DNA of 64,000 bases from Octopus vulgaris (lineage: Eukaryota). Both the position numbers and the translations under genes were made by a program. Shown here one piece after another: positions 35,983 to 50,354 of the stretch (the stretch's first letter is position 1; every line of letters starts with the position of its first letter). Where the stretch lies: contig OX597826.1 in the NCBI GenBank assembly GCA_951406725.2, positions 83,948,001 through 84,012,000 on the forward strand. The letters run 5' to 3'. Below the pieces are notes generated by a model that worked only from the letters and a program-made list of their open reading frames with translations, made no database searches and was not told where the DNA came from.

Positions 35983-36182
35983 AGGCACAAGGCCTGAAAT
36001 TTTGAGGGGAGGGATAAGTCGATTATGTCAACCCTAGTGCTTAACTGGTACCTATTTTATTGACCCTGAAAGGATGAAAGGCAAAGTCAACATCAGTAGA
36101 ATTTGAACTCAAAACATAAAGATGAACAAAATGTTACTAAGCATTTTGCTTGGTGTACTAATGATTCTGCCAGCTTGCTTAC

Positions 36183-36185
<3 letters not shown>
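35983..36185 (-). mobile_element. tRNA-derived SINE (family B) in (AAT)n
   Basis: Matches 6002-6205. Confidence 0.8.
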
Positions 36186-36272
<87 letters not shown>

Positions 36273-36281
36273 GTTTTGAAT

Positions 36282-36490
36282 TTTGCCATGAGGGTAGCAA
36301 TTGTTGGGGGGAGAGGATGAATCAATTACATCAATCCCCAGGGTTCAAATGGTATTTATTTTATTGACCCCAAAAAGGATGAAAGATAAAGCTGACCTCA
36401 GTAGAATTTGAACTCAGAATGTAGCAACAGGCAAAATACTGCTAAGCATTTCATCTGGCACGTTAACCATTTTGCCAGCTTTCCGCCTTA
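36282..36490 (-). mobile_element. tRNA-derived SINE (family B) in (AAT)n
   Basis: Matches 6002-6205. Confidence 0.8.
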
Positions 36491-37319
36491 ATAATAATAA
36501 TAATAATAATAATGATGATGATGATGACGCCGACGCTGACGATGATAATCCTTTCTTCTATAGATACAAGGCCTGAACATTTTGATGGGACAGGACTAGT
36601 TTTTTACATTTCAAGCATATGCTCTTTAACAGAGAGAATAGATGAGGAAGAGGAAAGAAATGGAGAGAGAAAAGTACAAATGTACCTCAATCAGACAGTC
36701 AGCACATACTGAAATGCCCAGTTGAGGAAGGGGTCTCTAGAGGTGTGAGTGGCAAGGGGGATAACTGTGATCCCGATGTATACGTGTGAGCATGCATGTG
36801 ATGTATGAAGTTAGTGTGTATATGTATTTTATGAGCATGCATGTGTTCGTGTGTATGTGTGTCCATGTTTTGTGTTTTTGTATGTGTATGGTGCTATCAG
36901 ACATCTGCATATGAGTGTGTATGAAGTTATAGTGTGCATGTGTACTGTTTGTGTTTATGCCAGTCTAAATGTGTGTACATGTGTGATGAGGATGTTATGT
37001 GTGACAGAAGTGGTAAGGGTTCAGAAGTGTAGATGGGTTATTATATCCCTGCTGCTATAAGTGTAAAGATGGACAGTGCAGAGACTGTAATGGAAATGTC
37101 CATTCTAGTGTGAATGAACAAGAAGGAGGGAATGTGAAGGTGTATGTATATGCTGTTTGATTCAGTTGTTGTGTGTGGGGTTGGGTAATGAGTTCAACAG
37201 AGTATTACAGGTACGTGTAGAGTAGAAGATGAGGGGACAGTAGGAATTTAAAAGGTGGATGGTGTGTGTGAAAGAGGAGTTTAAATGAAAAGCAAAAGAG
37301 AATTTAGGCCATAAGGGAC

Positions 37320-37587
37320 TCAAGTATGGAGGAAGAAAATTAATTCCTACTCCAGATGGAGACAGGAGTCTGAGTAGCCTCTGTGCAAGGCCAGTCTGAA
37401 CACAGATAGATGTTGCTGAGAATAACCAGTTGAGTGTGATACAAGACTGGGATGTCATTACCAAGTCTGATGTCCCAAAGATGTTCAGCAAAATGATCGA
37501 CCAAATATTGACCAGTTTGTCCAATGTATGGGGAGTGGCAAAGCAAACAGAAGATGCAATAAATCAGATTACTGGAGGTGCAAGAGG
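37320..37587 (-). pseudogene. Decayed Penelope-like GIY-YIG endonuclease
   Basis: CTSSNLIYCIFCLLCHSPYIGQTGQYLVDHFAEHLWDIRLGNDIPV, homologous to 19600-19885. Confidence 0.8.
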
Positions 37588-37946
37588 AGTCATTGGACTG
37601 CAGCCATGTTGAGGCAAGACCATGAAGGGTTTAGTAAACAAAGAAAGAATAAGTACCAGTAAGCTTAGTCCTTGATCATTGATCTCTTGTGCCAACCTGC
37701 TAAGTTGCAGGACATAAACAAACCAATACTGGTGTCAAGTGGTGATGAGGACAAACAGAAAAATACACACACATATGCATAAATATATACATAACGGGAT
37801 TCTTTCAGTTTCCGTCTTCCAGATCAATTCACAAGGCTTTGATCAGCCTGGGGTTATAGTAGAAAACACTTGCCCAAAGTGACATGCAGTGGGAGTGAAC
37901 CTGGGACAACATAGTTGGGAAGCAAACTTCTTACCATACAGCCACT
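37588..37946 (-). mobile_element. tRNA-derived SINE (family A), diverged
   Basis: Collinear with 5393-5771. Confidence 0.8.
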
Positions 37947-39547
37947 CACACACACACACACACATAAGCAGAGTATATGATGTGCGGGTTTGGTTAAACG
38001 ACGATGGGAATGGAAGATATAAAAAATAGCATTTTAGAAGAGACGACGAACAACAAAGGACTTTTAGATTAAAAGATAGAGTGAGAAGGGAAACATAAAA
38101 TGTTTATGGGAGACAAAAATTTCAGTAAACAAACAGTATATTCCTATAAAGCTTTTAATGAGCGAGAAAAATTGGTTGAGAGAGAGAGAGCGAGAGCGAG
38201 AGAGAGAACGGATAAGATGAAACCGCGTAGAAAAGAGTTATCTCCCCTGCACTTGGCACTTTAAAAGACTTGGTTTTGTAAGAGTGTATGTTTGTAAAAA
38301 GACGTGATGCGCGCTTACGTAAAAATAGCTCTACTCGCCACTAACTCTGCAATGTTCAACGTGTAGTAAGCCCTGCTGTAGTAGAAATATTGAAAAAGGC
38401 TTCACAATCACGGCTTTTCTTTTTGAGACATAGTGTATCTAGGACTGCACAATGTAATGTATCATTCTTTCGTTTTTTGTTTTTTTTTACTTGCTTGTTT
38501 GCTTGTTTTTAAGACAGTAGAGTCGAGTGTCTTCTCAGATTAATTACTTATAACAATTAAAAGTAACTCAATAACCGAGAAGTGACTAAACTATTTCTCT
38601 GGTTTAGTAAGAGATTGAGCTAAAATGGTCCAAACACACTCATAATTCCCTACGGTTTCCACTAATACTTCTACACCTCTTTTACTTCACGACCTTCAAC
38701 ATCACTAAAGCCACCACCATCACTTTGTCGAGAGCCACTGGAAGGATGCTTGAGAGCCGCCTGCTGCGCTGTGTGCCATGGTTTGCAACTATTGTTTGTA
38801 GACTAAACACCACAACCAATATGTCATCACTGTAACAGCTATGAACCAAAGGAGAAGATGCTAGATATGCTAGAAATAATAGTCAAATCTCCACATTATC
38901 TACCAGCTATGTTATAAAGAAAAAGGAAGGACTCAGCCTGAAATCTGTAAAAGAAAAGACAATCACAACAGTGCCTCTTTGATGATAGGTTTGTTTACTA
39001 AGATGAGACTAACAACAATAACATCACAACTATTCCACTACAGTTGCACACTTTTACCATGTCGGTGGGAGAGGTGACACAGCCAGTGCTTATTCTAGCA
39101 CACTGGTCAAGCCATTACCGTAGCCTCAGAGTTCCAGGTCACATTCTTCCCCATTTGATGTCAGTTACCCCCAACCCTACTCTTTTTCCTCCCCACTCCA
39201 GCTTCTTTTCATTTGTGTTTTAGAAAATTTTTCCATCATTATTCTTTTACAGAGGCAATTATTGAAACAATTCATGAAACCAGATTAGTTTATTAATTAC
39301 AATTTAATGAAAAAAAGAAATCTTATTTCATTAGATTTAATTTAAAAGCAAATAAATATACTTTTGGGAAGGCTAAATGCTCTTAATTGTCATGAAAACG
39401 AAAAACACAGAAGAAGACATTAGCAAAATGTTTGCAAACCAAAACCTCCACTTGGTTTAATGTCCAGAGTGGCCTGCATGCAAAGAAACTAAACTAAGGA
39501 ATAAATCCAAATCAGTTTTGCTTCAAGGTTACCATGCTCGTGTTTAA

Positions 39548-39768
39548 CCCTTTCGTTACTGAATTCATTTTGAGAATCCCTGTGTTTCTCTCAATTATTT
39601 TAGATATCGCAAAGAATTTAGTAAAATAACTTAGTCATCATTAAGTAAGTGTTAGGAACATTAATTGTGGTAAATGTTTGGTGGAAGATTTTAATTCAAA
39701 CCTTATGAAAACAAGACATTTGTACTACAGAGCCAGGACCGGGTTCAGCCAGGGTGGTAACGAAAGGG
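39548..39768. mobile_element. piggyBac-type MITE
   Basis: Perfect 12-bp TIRs CCCTTTCGTTAC / GTAACGAAAGGG flanked by TTAA / CTAA. Confidence 0.85.
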
Positions 39769-40084
39769 CTAAGAGACATCCTCATGTTTAAGTCAATTTC
39801 TCCACAACACAACTAAAGACACTTTGAACCAAACATGTTGTTAGAGAAGACAAAATCACTTGCTGGGACTACGTATCATAATACTAGATTATTTCTAAAA
39901 GCCCAATAATTGAGCCAAATGGGATTAGGTCTGAAGCAGAACTGAATTAAGTGTTAATTCATGACCCCCTCTATACAGTTGTGTATAAATGGTAATTCAT
40001 TTGATATGTATGTCTCCAACCCGTGCTAGCGCGGAAAACGGACGTTAAACGATGATGATGATGATGTGTGTGTGATGTGGTCAC

Positions 40085-40340
40085 ATGATCAACCAATGTA
40101 TTGGATGTTATATATCCCTGGTCACAATGCACTTTACATTGTTTTTAGCTTCTGAACAATGCCACCCCACTGTCAAGGCAAGTAGACCAGCATTCCCCCT
40201 TGTGGCAGTGTTACCCATTTACAGCTTACTAGACTGGGGCAATGTGAAATGAAGTGTTTTGCTCAAGAACACAACACACATCCCAGTCGGGGAATCGAAA
40301 CCAGGATCACATGACCATTCATACAATAGACCTGACCACT
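40085..40340 (-). mobile_element. tRNA-derived SINE with CORE-like domain (family C)
   Basis: Minus strand GGCATAGTGG, GTTTCGATTCC, then TTGAGCAAAACACTTCATTTCAC. Confidence 0.65.
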
Positions 40341-42925
40341 ATGCCTCGTACCTTTGCATACATACATCATCATCAATATCATCATCGTTTAACCTCCACC
40401 ACTACTAACTTGGTCTCCTTGGTAACAGAAGCTGTCTACTGCTTCTCAGGATCTCCTGAGCATTTGCGGGAGAGCCTGCATGTGAAGATTTGTCTTTGAC
40501 TGAAATTCTTCCCTAATCACACTGACATGGAGTTAGATAACAAAAACAGAAGCCAGTCAGTGACAAACTATAGACAGAACCATTTAATTGATAGCCAAAC
40601 CAATCTCTTTAACACTAAACCAACATTGTCCTACCTTCCTTGAGACCTTAACTGCTGCGAAAGCATTGAGCTTCTGTCATGACACAGTTGTCCAGGTCAT
40701 TTAAATCTAGTGGAGCCAACCATGACCGTCCTGCCTGTTTCCAGGCTTAGAGTACCCCGACCCCCACTTTGGACCGCATTAATCAGTCTCCTTCTATTTA
40801 AGACAGTAGAGTATGATTAAAAGTGATCTGACAGCTATTTCTAGCAGGCTGAGCAACCTTGTAGTGGCCCTAAGTGGGGGAGTGTCAAGAATAAATAAAT
40901 AAAAAACCACCAAAGGTGACAATAGAACATTTTGCCAATTCAGTGGAGATTTCCAGCTCTTAGCCTCCACTTCTCCTTCCACCCTCCCATTCCTCCTCTC
41001 TTGAAAGACAGCAGGAATTGTGATGGGAAGGGAGAGAGTGGACAGCAACAAGGAATTGTTCTGGAAATATTCCAAGAGATATTAACAGCACTCAGGCGTA
41101 ATACAGTGATTGATGTAGAAAGTAAGTGGGGAGGGAGGGAGAGAGAGAGAGAGAGAGAGAGAAGGGGCAGTGAGTGTGAGAGTGTGTGTGTCAAAGGGAG
41201 AGAGCATGATATGGAATGAAGGAGATAAATGATCAAAGTATGGAGATAATTCTAAAGCAAATTGCAACCAAGTTTTAGAGAGAAAAAGTAATAAATAAAT
41301 AATATCTTAGGAGAGAGGCTGAGAGATATAGAGTGAGAGAGAGAGAGAGAAATAGCAAGAGATGGGTGATGTATAATAATGTGTATATGTAAGTGAAAAT
41401 GTTGTAGTATTGAAAACTGTGATTATAACAAAATAAAAGGTTAATGTGATATCATCATCATCATCATCACCATTGTTTAACATCCATTTTTCCATGCTTG
41501 CATGGGTCAGATGGAACCTGTTAATATAGCGTTTTTTTCTTTAACAACCGGATGCTCTTCCTGTCACCAACCCATACCTGTTTTCAAACAAGTTAATATC
41601 CACCCCACCCCTTGACTAGACTTGTTCTTATAAAAAGACAGAAAGTAAATCAGAATCAATTGTATGACAATGATGCCAAGACAAAGGTATGCACAACAAT
41701 GCAATCACACACACAAACATACAAACATATATAACACACCAGTAATTTTATGTTTGAAACAGCTGTCAAGAAAGTGTTGAATATGCAAACTGGTCTCCCA
41801 AGTTCACTTAAACCCATTAACATTAGCAGTTTGAGGGTGGTTAAGGAGGGAGTATTGCAGGTGAGGAACTTCTTAACTTGTATTGGAAAGTGTGGTAGAT
41901 TCATCATAACATACAATGTCAGTTATTAAATCTATGAATTTGGTCTATAATATGTTATAGCAATGAAAGAAAAACATTGTTAACACACCAGTAATTTAAT
42001 GTTCGAAACAGCTGCCAGGAAAGAGTTAAATTTTATTCTCACAATTAGACTTGAAAAGAAAATATTTACAATATCCAAATGAAAATTCTTTATTTTTTAT
42101 GGAATCTTAAAGATGCAGGAAAATTTAAAAAAGAAAAGGTTTCCTGTCTTAAAATATTTCCGTTTCATTTGTAATAATTTTTAATAACTTCTTTTTTTTT
42201 TCTATTTTCACCTCTCCATCATTTACTCTTCTTTTATTCTCATTATCCTCCTTCACCTACCTTTCATTCTTTCATTCATTTACTCTTCCACTCACTTTCT
42301 CTTTCCCACCTCATTTGTCTCTTTCATTTACTTGCTCCCTTCTCCTTGCCCCCACCCCCGATTCACTTTCTCTTTCACTCACTCTCCCTCCACACTACAC
42401 ACATTTTTATCTTACATGTCATACCCCAAACACTGTTTCGTTGTCTCTCCTGGAAATACCTCCATATATGTCTGCCTATTTACATAATAAACAAGAACAA
42501 AAGGAATGGATGCTTCAGGGTGTCACTACCCGTGCCTCCACAGCATGTTCGTTCAAAATACAAGTTCAACTGTGTAACTTAACAAATAGCATTATGTAGG
42601 TCCATAATTTCACAAACTGTCATTTCTTCAAGCAATACTCTGCCAAATATTTCTCAGGTGATACAGCACCAAATATTTTGGTGACATATAACAATTCCAT
42701 GAGGGAAGCAAAAGTTTTGTAGTAAAACACAACAAACAAGAAGAATTTACAGTTTGAAGATTTTATGTTCAAAATCAAACTTCTTGATTTCATGGTCAGC
42801 CAAATTTATACATGCCTTAAAAGGAGATCAGTCAGATATTCTCTCTCTCTCTCTCTCTCTCTCTCCATATATATATATATATATAAACAACTTCCACGGG
42901 CACACAACATAGCAGATAAAGACAT

Positions 42926-43198
42926 TGGTTAATACAGTACAATCACCTAGAGTTTCTGAGTTCAATCCCAGGCAAGGCACTGAAGAAATTCACATTATTC
43001 AAAAGTGTCATGAAGTGCAGAGAATGGAATGAGAAAAGTGTACCCTGTGGATCAAATAAAGGGTTAGGTTTGAAATTCTGGTACAACAGCCGATTTCAGC
43101 ACAGGAGCCTTACAGCAGCCGAAACATAGAAAAAAAACAGTCAAGATGGGGACACCAGTCCAAGTAATGTAAATTCTTCATCACAGAAATATAGAATT
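42926..43198 (+). mobile_element. Diverged copy of the tRNA-hammerhead element
   Basis: Ordered matches TGGTTAA, TTCTGAGTTCAATCCCAGGCAA, AGGTTTGAAATT, CAGCCGAAAC, CAAGATG.GGACA, AATGTAAAT, TCATC...AATATAGAA. Confidence 0.7.
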
Positions 43199-43319
43199 AT
43201 GAATTGCAATAAAAGTGTTGGAAGATTGAGGACTGCCTTTTTGGGTCTCTTTTTATCAATGTGAGCCTGAAACTGAATGGTCACTATAAATTGGAAACTG
43301 TCTTTGGACAGAAATCATT

Positions 43320-43990
43320 TTTGATGCCATAACATCTTTGATACCTGGACAAAACCAGACAGATGATTCTTGCTTTGGGGATATCATCCTACACTTGCTT
43401 GATAATCCGATGAAATTGCACAACTGTGGTTGGTTGGGGGCTGATGGTGATTCAACCATCTTCCTAGTTTATCCCCGAAATATTCCCTAGGGTTTAGATA
43501 TGGATGGAGGAGTGGTAAGAGCATCACATCCACATTTTATTGCTATGGAAAATGTTGGGTGATCCTGGTAACGTGCAGCCTTGGGTTACCCTGAGCTGAG
43601 AAATGGAATCTGGCAAACAAGCTAAAAGAAAAACGTGGGTGGGGAGAGAGTGCGGTCTCCAAACTTGGTCAATGTAATCTTCTTGAAGAAGACTGACCTG
43701 CAAATTTAGACCAATCCCAACCCAAGTCATTATATTGGCACCTCTCCATTAGCCTCTCTATATCACACAGGTATCATTCAACTGCTTTCCAAGTCAATGT
43801 CATATTATAACCCAATTATCAGTTCTGCTGACATTAGTGGCTCTCATCCAAGAGCAGTACACATCCTTGCTGCCACCTATTCTGGTTTATTCTCAATGTC
43901 ATTTAGTCTGCTGATGTCTTCCAATGAGAATTGCAGATGACCAACAGTTCCATGACATTCTGCTGAACTTACTCTTGGCATTGTTGTTTC
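43320..43990 (-). pseudogene. Tc1-like DDE transposase relic
   Basis: Minus strand fragments DVYCS/LDES, GNPRLHVTRITQHF, NVDVM, PYLNPREYFGDKLGR resemble FSDES, DNARPH and SPDLNPIEHIWD motifs. Confidence 0.6.
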
Positions 43991-44689
43991 CTAAAACCAG
44001 CAAGAATATGAAATACTATCAGAGTGCCTATTTATTCATGGTTACCTGTGGAGGTGGGGGTGCTGGTATTAAATTGGGCTATAGATTAAGTCGACAATTC
44101 AAGAATAGGAATGGTCCAGCATACAGCTTCCTCACAGTTTCTGCCACATAAATTTTACTGGTGTGGCATTGATTGTCCCAATACAGGATTAAAAAAAAAA
44201 ACGTTTACCTTAAGTGTTGCACAGTGGAATGAAATCCCAAATTCCCAAAGTTGTAAAGCATTCTTCCTAATGCCACAGTTATGTCTGCAGACATTGTTAT
44301 AATTAGTAGAAGGGCCCCAGAGTCAATCAGCACAGAACTGTGTAAAAGTTAGCACCTCAAATGCAAAAGGAACCTGAGATAAGGAATAAAAAAAACCTCC
44401 AAGTGGTCAACTGTCCAGTTAGCATTAGTAATGAAATCTCTCTCTGAAATCACACCCTGCCATCTTAAAAGTAAGGAAAGGACACCTGAAACAGCATAGT
44501 TCTACATATCTTTAGAAAGAAAGGATGATTCAGGCAGGAATACCTTTCATCAAATCAGTCTACTTGATTAGAACAGGTGTGAGACCAAACAACAACAACA
44601 TTACCGTCATCATCATCAGCAGCAGCAGCAACATCAAAAGACAGATGGCTTCTTAACAAAAACAATTTTAATATACTTTTCTACTGTAG

Positions 44690-44865
44690 GCATTTTGGGG
44701 GAGGGGGAAGTCAATTAGATCAACCCCAGTATGCAACTGGTACTTAATTTATCCATCCCGAAAGGATGAAAGGCAAAGTCAACCTCGGTGGAATTTGAAA
44801 TCAGAATGCAATGACAGACGAAATACCGCTAAGCATTTCGCCCGGCATGCTAACATTTCTGCCAA
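44690..44865 (-). mobile_element. tRNA-derived SINE (family B)
   Basis: Matches 6020-6195. Confidence 0.8.
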
Positions 44866-45431
44866 AACAATTTCAGCATAGCAAATAACAAGCGTAACTG
44901 GCAGTCAGTAGATATAAACTTGAAAGGGTTAACAGGACCCAGAATAAAAACCCCGAAGAAGTCCTACTTTACTTTATCCCATTCAAGGCAGAATTAGAGG
45001 AGGATGCTAAGTAATTTGAGTAACTTGAAGACAATGGTAGTTGTCATAGTGATTGGTAGATATTGACTTGAAAAGGTTAAACAACTGCTGCCATGAGATA
45101 ACATAAGAATGGTAAAATGTTCCAGTCACAGATGCTGTAGCAACTAGAAATTCCTCAATTCAGTTTTGATGCGGTGTTGGGTCTCAAAATAGAGAGAGAG
45201 TTGGTTGTGAAATAATAATCACAAGTTGAAAAATCTGTTGGGGCTATTCTTTCTGTTTTTCTCTCCCAAAAAACACCAACACCACTGAGGTCAACTTTGC
45301 CTTTCATCAGTTTGGGGTCAACATATGTACCAGTCAGATACTGGGGGTCATGTAATCGACTTATCCCTTCCCTCAAAAATTGCTGGCCCTGTGCCAAAAT
45401 TTAAAACCATTATTATTGTTGTTGTTGTTAT

Positions 45432-46357
45432 TCACTAGTCTTATTCTTATCACATGCTTTCACTTCACTACCGAACGCACTTCTGTGTGCCTTGGGTATG
45501 TGCTGTGGTTTGTTGTGATGCTCATATTTTCACTGTATTGAAAGTGTTTTATACGTAGGATGTATGCGGTGCCAAGTAGTGCTATTTTCTGTATGTTATT
45601 ATACTTGTTAGTCCTGGTGTTTTTGTTATGTATTTGTTTGAATATTTTTTTATCATACCTAATGCGCCTACTATGATAGGAATTGTTTCTGTTTTTAGAT
45701 TCCACATTCTAGTTACCTCTATTTCCAGGTCTTTGTATTTTGAAAGTTTTTCCATTTCTTTTAGAGACACGTTGTCATCTGCTGGTATTGATACATCAAT
45801 TAGAAAGCGTTTTTTCCTGGTGACCTCTGACAACTATATTCGGTCTATCGGCCTTAATTTCTCTATCTGTGTGTATTGGCATATCCCAGAGTATGGTTGC
45901 TTTCTCATTTTCTGTGACCTTTTCTGGTGTGTGCCTATACCATCTTTTTTCTGTTGTTATTCCATAATGTTGGCATAGCTTCCAGTGTATATAGGTCCCA
46001 TTTCTATCGTGACTGTGAATATATTCCTTCTTAGCCAGGACTGGGCAGCCAGCAAAAATATGATTTATTGTTTCTTGTCCACCTCCACATATTCTGCAGT
46101 TACTTATATTTCTTTTTATTACATGATTTTGGTGATTTCTGTTGGGAAGGCTTTAGTCTTGTACTGCAATTTAAAACCTTTCACTCTCTGCTTTGAGTCC
46201 TGAGCTTCTCAACCATTGCTGGGATTTTGCTTTGTCTATTTCTTTTGTGTTTAGTTTAACCCAGTATTTGCCATGAAGAGGCTTTTCTTGCCATCGTTTT
46301 ACCATGATCCATTGCTGTTCCAGTTTTAGTTTGGATTTCAGTTGGTTTATAGCTTTT
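45432..46357 (-). mobile_element. Second 5'-truncated Dong/R4-type fragment
   Basis: Reverse-complement homologue of 34652-35580 over its whole length; (TTA)-type repeats on both sides. Confidence 0.9.
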
Positions 46358-49300
46358 ATTATCATTATTATTATTGTTATTATTATTATTATTATGTAAG
46401 TCAAAACCAATACTTTGAAGATACTAAGATGAAACAAAGAATTTAGAAAGCTAAAGTAATCTTGTTAGGGAGAGATTAATTTAGAAAAGAAAATTTATAC
46501 CTTAAAATATTTACTAATCCAATACTTTGGGGTGAAAATACCTAAAAGAGTGATGAGACCAGGAAAATGTGCTGGGGTTGTCGCAGTTTCAAATCTGGAT
46601 GCAAACATGAAACTGTAAAGAACTCCAACACATCTCCTGTTCTCATCAGTCTCTCTTCAAACTGAATTAAAGACTAGCTTGCAGTTTTGGCATGATTTCC
46701 ATGTTCGGATCTCTTGTCATCATCGACCCTTGTATGGTGGGTTTGTTTTATCATGTCATCAATACTAGAGAAGTTGTCTTGTCCCCGAGGACTTAAGTGT
46801 CCACTCTTCTCTATGTAGTTTTTATTCATTTGTTGACCAACACCAAAAAGATTGCACTGGCAAGACTAAACAGAGTCTCTCCCTCTTCTCGACACCATCT
46901 CCATTCAGACTTTCCACACACACACACCCAACTCACCCCCACCGCCACTGTCTACTCACAAAATCAATCCAAATGAACAGATTTCTGTAAGAAATGATTT
47001 CCATGTCAGCAATGTTTCTGAACTTAAAATCATATTAAGAAAAGTTGGTGCAGGAATAACTCTGCATTTCATAGCACCAAGAAGGAAGGGTCTTTAAGTC
47101 TAAACACAGCTGAAGTTGATTCTGGCTTAATAAAATATAAGCCAGAAATAAACTGGAGCTGAGGTAATTAGCTACATTCTCACATGGGGGTGGGGTGGGA
47201 GGCAGAATGAATAAATAAATAAATGAATGAATGAAGGTCTTTACCTTGAGGGGAGAGCAATATCATTAGTGAGACTATATTTCACTATGAAATGTGTAAA
47301 AAAAAAAACAAAAAAAAACAGCAATATACAAGTCAAAGAGGATTCTACCATGTTGTCCTGATTTTCTTAACAAGCCACTCTCTATAACAAATTCTCTACC
47401 ATCTTTGAAATACAGACCATATGTTCCTGGAACCCAAATCTTAAAGTAACATGCCATGCCTCCAGATGCACTAATAAAGATGACCATGGCTAGAATGATG
47501 ACCAAACAAGTTCTACATGGCTGAACTTGCTAGAAGTAGTAGTTAAAGCATTCCTTAATTACACCCTAATGGTAGCAAGATACATTTACAACAAAACAGA
47601 AATGATAAACAGTTATGACTTGACTACAGATTTACTCAATCAGCTGACTTTAGTAGAAATGAGCAGATTTCTTGGCAATTCCCAGAGTGAACTCATCATG
47701 TTCTGTTTTTTGTCTGTTGCACAGTGAAAGTACCAAAAACCAAATGAAGAGGAGGGTTCAGTGAGTAAGTGGCCAAAAGGTCAGCAATTACTAAACTGTC
47801 ACCCTGTCACCATCCTTGGTGCTGCTTCTTTAATCCTCAAATGATGCTGGATCTTATTCTATCAGCTGCTGAGTTAAAATTGGAAGTAAACAAACCAATA
47901 CTTGTAGGCAAGAAGTAAAGAGGATAGACACAGGACACACAGACACACATAAGATGAACATCGGTTGACCCTGGGCTAGTCATGTGCTCAAGGTGCAGCG
48001 CAGTGGGGCTGAACTTGTGACGATGTGATTGCAAGTCAAACTTCTTAACCACAGCCATTCCTGAGCAAAACAAAAAGAAAAAAGTGAAAACTCTAAAACA
48101 GCTCAATTTCTTATTTTTAGTTTTTCTTTAACAGTATAGGATTACTTTAATGGTATCTTCTTAACACCAAAAGGGATGGTGGGTGATGTGTGTGTGTGTG
48201 TGTGTGGGGGGGAAATAAATTTCAGCAGGGGACTAACTAAACCCCTTAACACATTTTTAGAAGATGAGTCAACAGAAAGTACAACAAATAGAAGAAAAAA
48301 CTAAACAGAAACATATACACATGTAGGCACACATACACAAAGGTTACCCCCACCCCACCCCACCCCCCACCCCGCAAGTACTTTCACCTCAGCAGCAGCA
48401 ATAAAGAAGGGAGGAGGAAGATATTAGTAAGGAAATGGGCCTTTTTTAGGTCATACACCTCAAGTTTGAAAAACTGTTAAGGAATTGGAAGCAGTTCTCT
48501 TTCATACCAAACATTTAGGTAACCCTTTTTTTCTTCTTCAGATATCTTTACTAAACTGAAAACATCTTTTTGTCTGTCTACCACATCTCAACTCTACTTT
48601 CACTCCTTCTTTCTTTTCTTTTCTTTTTACCTTTCCTTCCTAATGGGGAAGAGAAAAGATGGAGGGATGAGGGCATTCCCACCCACCCCACATACATAGA
48701 ATCTCCTCCTTTTTCACATTCTTTATAATCTCTTTCATCTTCCAATGGTTCACATCTCTTTCTTCTCCTCCTCCTCCTCTCCCTGCCCCCTCACACCTTT
48801 AAAGTCTTTCCTGTCCACCCTCAACTCCCCCCCCACCACCACCACCAATCATCCTTTAGTATCCACTAATCCCTACACAACTCCCCCCACCCGCTTTCTT
48901 TAACTCCCATCACTTGTAATTCTTCTCTTGACTTTCCCCTTCTATCTTTTGCTATTTTCAGATCTATGTTGAAGGAACCACCACCACCACCACCACCACC
49001 ACCACCTCGTTCTTCACCCCTGCTGCCCCTACATCTCAAATGATTCACTAACCCATCTGTAACACAAGGCAAAGGGGGAAAACTCCATATAGTTGCTCAA
49101 CTGCTAGAAATAGTAACCAAACTTCCCTCAAATCATACCCTTCATACAGTCTACAAAAAGATAGGATTTTCATAGGTAGTACACCATGATCAAAGGTTTG
49201 TTCAATGAAAGCTGACTTACACGTAAACAACAGCAACACTTACAAACACACAGAATATTAATGACTTATTATTATTAATTAGTCACAAAACTACACTTTC

Positions 49301-50354
49301 ATAGAAGAAGGCAATAAGGTTTGCCAGCATGGAAGGCGGCTGTTAAACAACGATGACGATGATGATATTCATGTTGGTGGAAGGGCTAAAATAAATAGTT
49401 TGACTAAAGTGAGTCTGCTTCAACCAGTGTCAATACTTTGTCTCACAACAGGAAAGAGCAGCAAGGCTACAAAAACAACAAATTTTGGAGAAAGTGAAGA
49501 AGCCATGATATATTTGTCCAGAAGTTATTTTGTTGAACCAGGAGGAATCAGAAGTAAAGTTGATCCAGGTAGGATTTCAACTCAGAACACAAAAGAAATA
49601 TTTGATAATGTAAAGAAGTCAAAATCTGTTACTATTTTGGAATACTGGCAGAGTTGTTGAAGCATTGGATAGAATGCTTTGGGGCATTCATTATTCTAGC
49701 CATCTGTTGGAATTCCACTGAAGTCGACTGTGCCTTTTATCCTTTCAGAATCACTAAAATAAACAGTATCATTTCTAGCAGTTGATTCTTCCTTTCTCTT
49801 TCTAAACAAAGAAACGGGTTATGTTGAGGCCTGGAGAAGGGATGGAATCTACACAGGTTTACAATACACTAGGTACCCCATTTATCTGGATGGGATCTTT
49901 ATAATTCCATCAAAAGTTCAGGGCCCAAGGAAAGAATTATTTATCCCATGTTTAGACAAGCCATGACCAGATCAGCCCTGACAAAACAGATCAATGATCA
50001 AAGACATTCCATCTATGACAATCCAGCTGGATTCCTTGTGCAGAGAGCTGAGGACAACATTATTTAACATGTCCATTTACAAAGTGTTAGTGTGTGACTG
50101 GAAGAAGATTTAGTTGCTATTTTTAGCAGATTGAGCAACTGTGTGCAGGTTCTCTCACTCAGCCAAGTGAATGCCAATAGTGACAGAAGGTATTTGAATA
50201 AGTTACCAAATATGTTCAATATTATATGCAATACCAGGGATAAAATACAAACCTCCATCCCCGCCATCATGAAACTAGCTTTTGTTACTCATTTGCATGC
50301 AGCAACTTGAAGTCTAAATGTTTACAACTATAGATATATTATACAGGGTAACAG

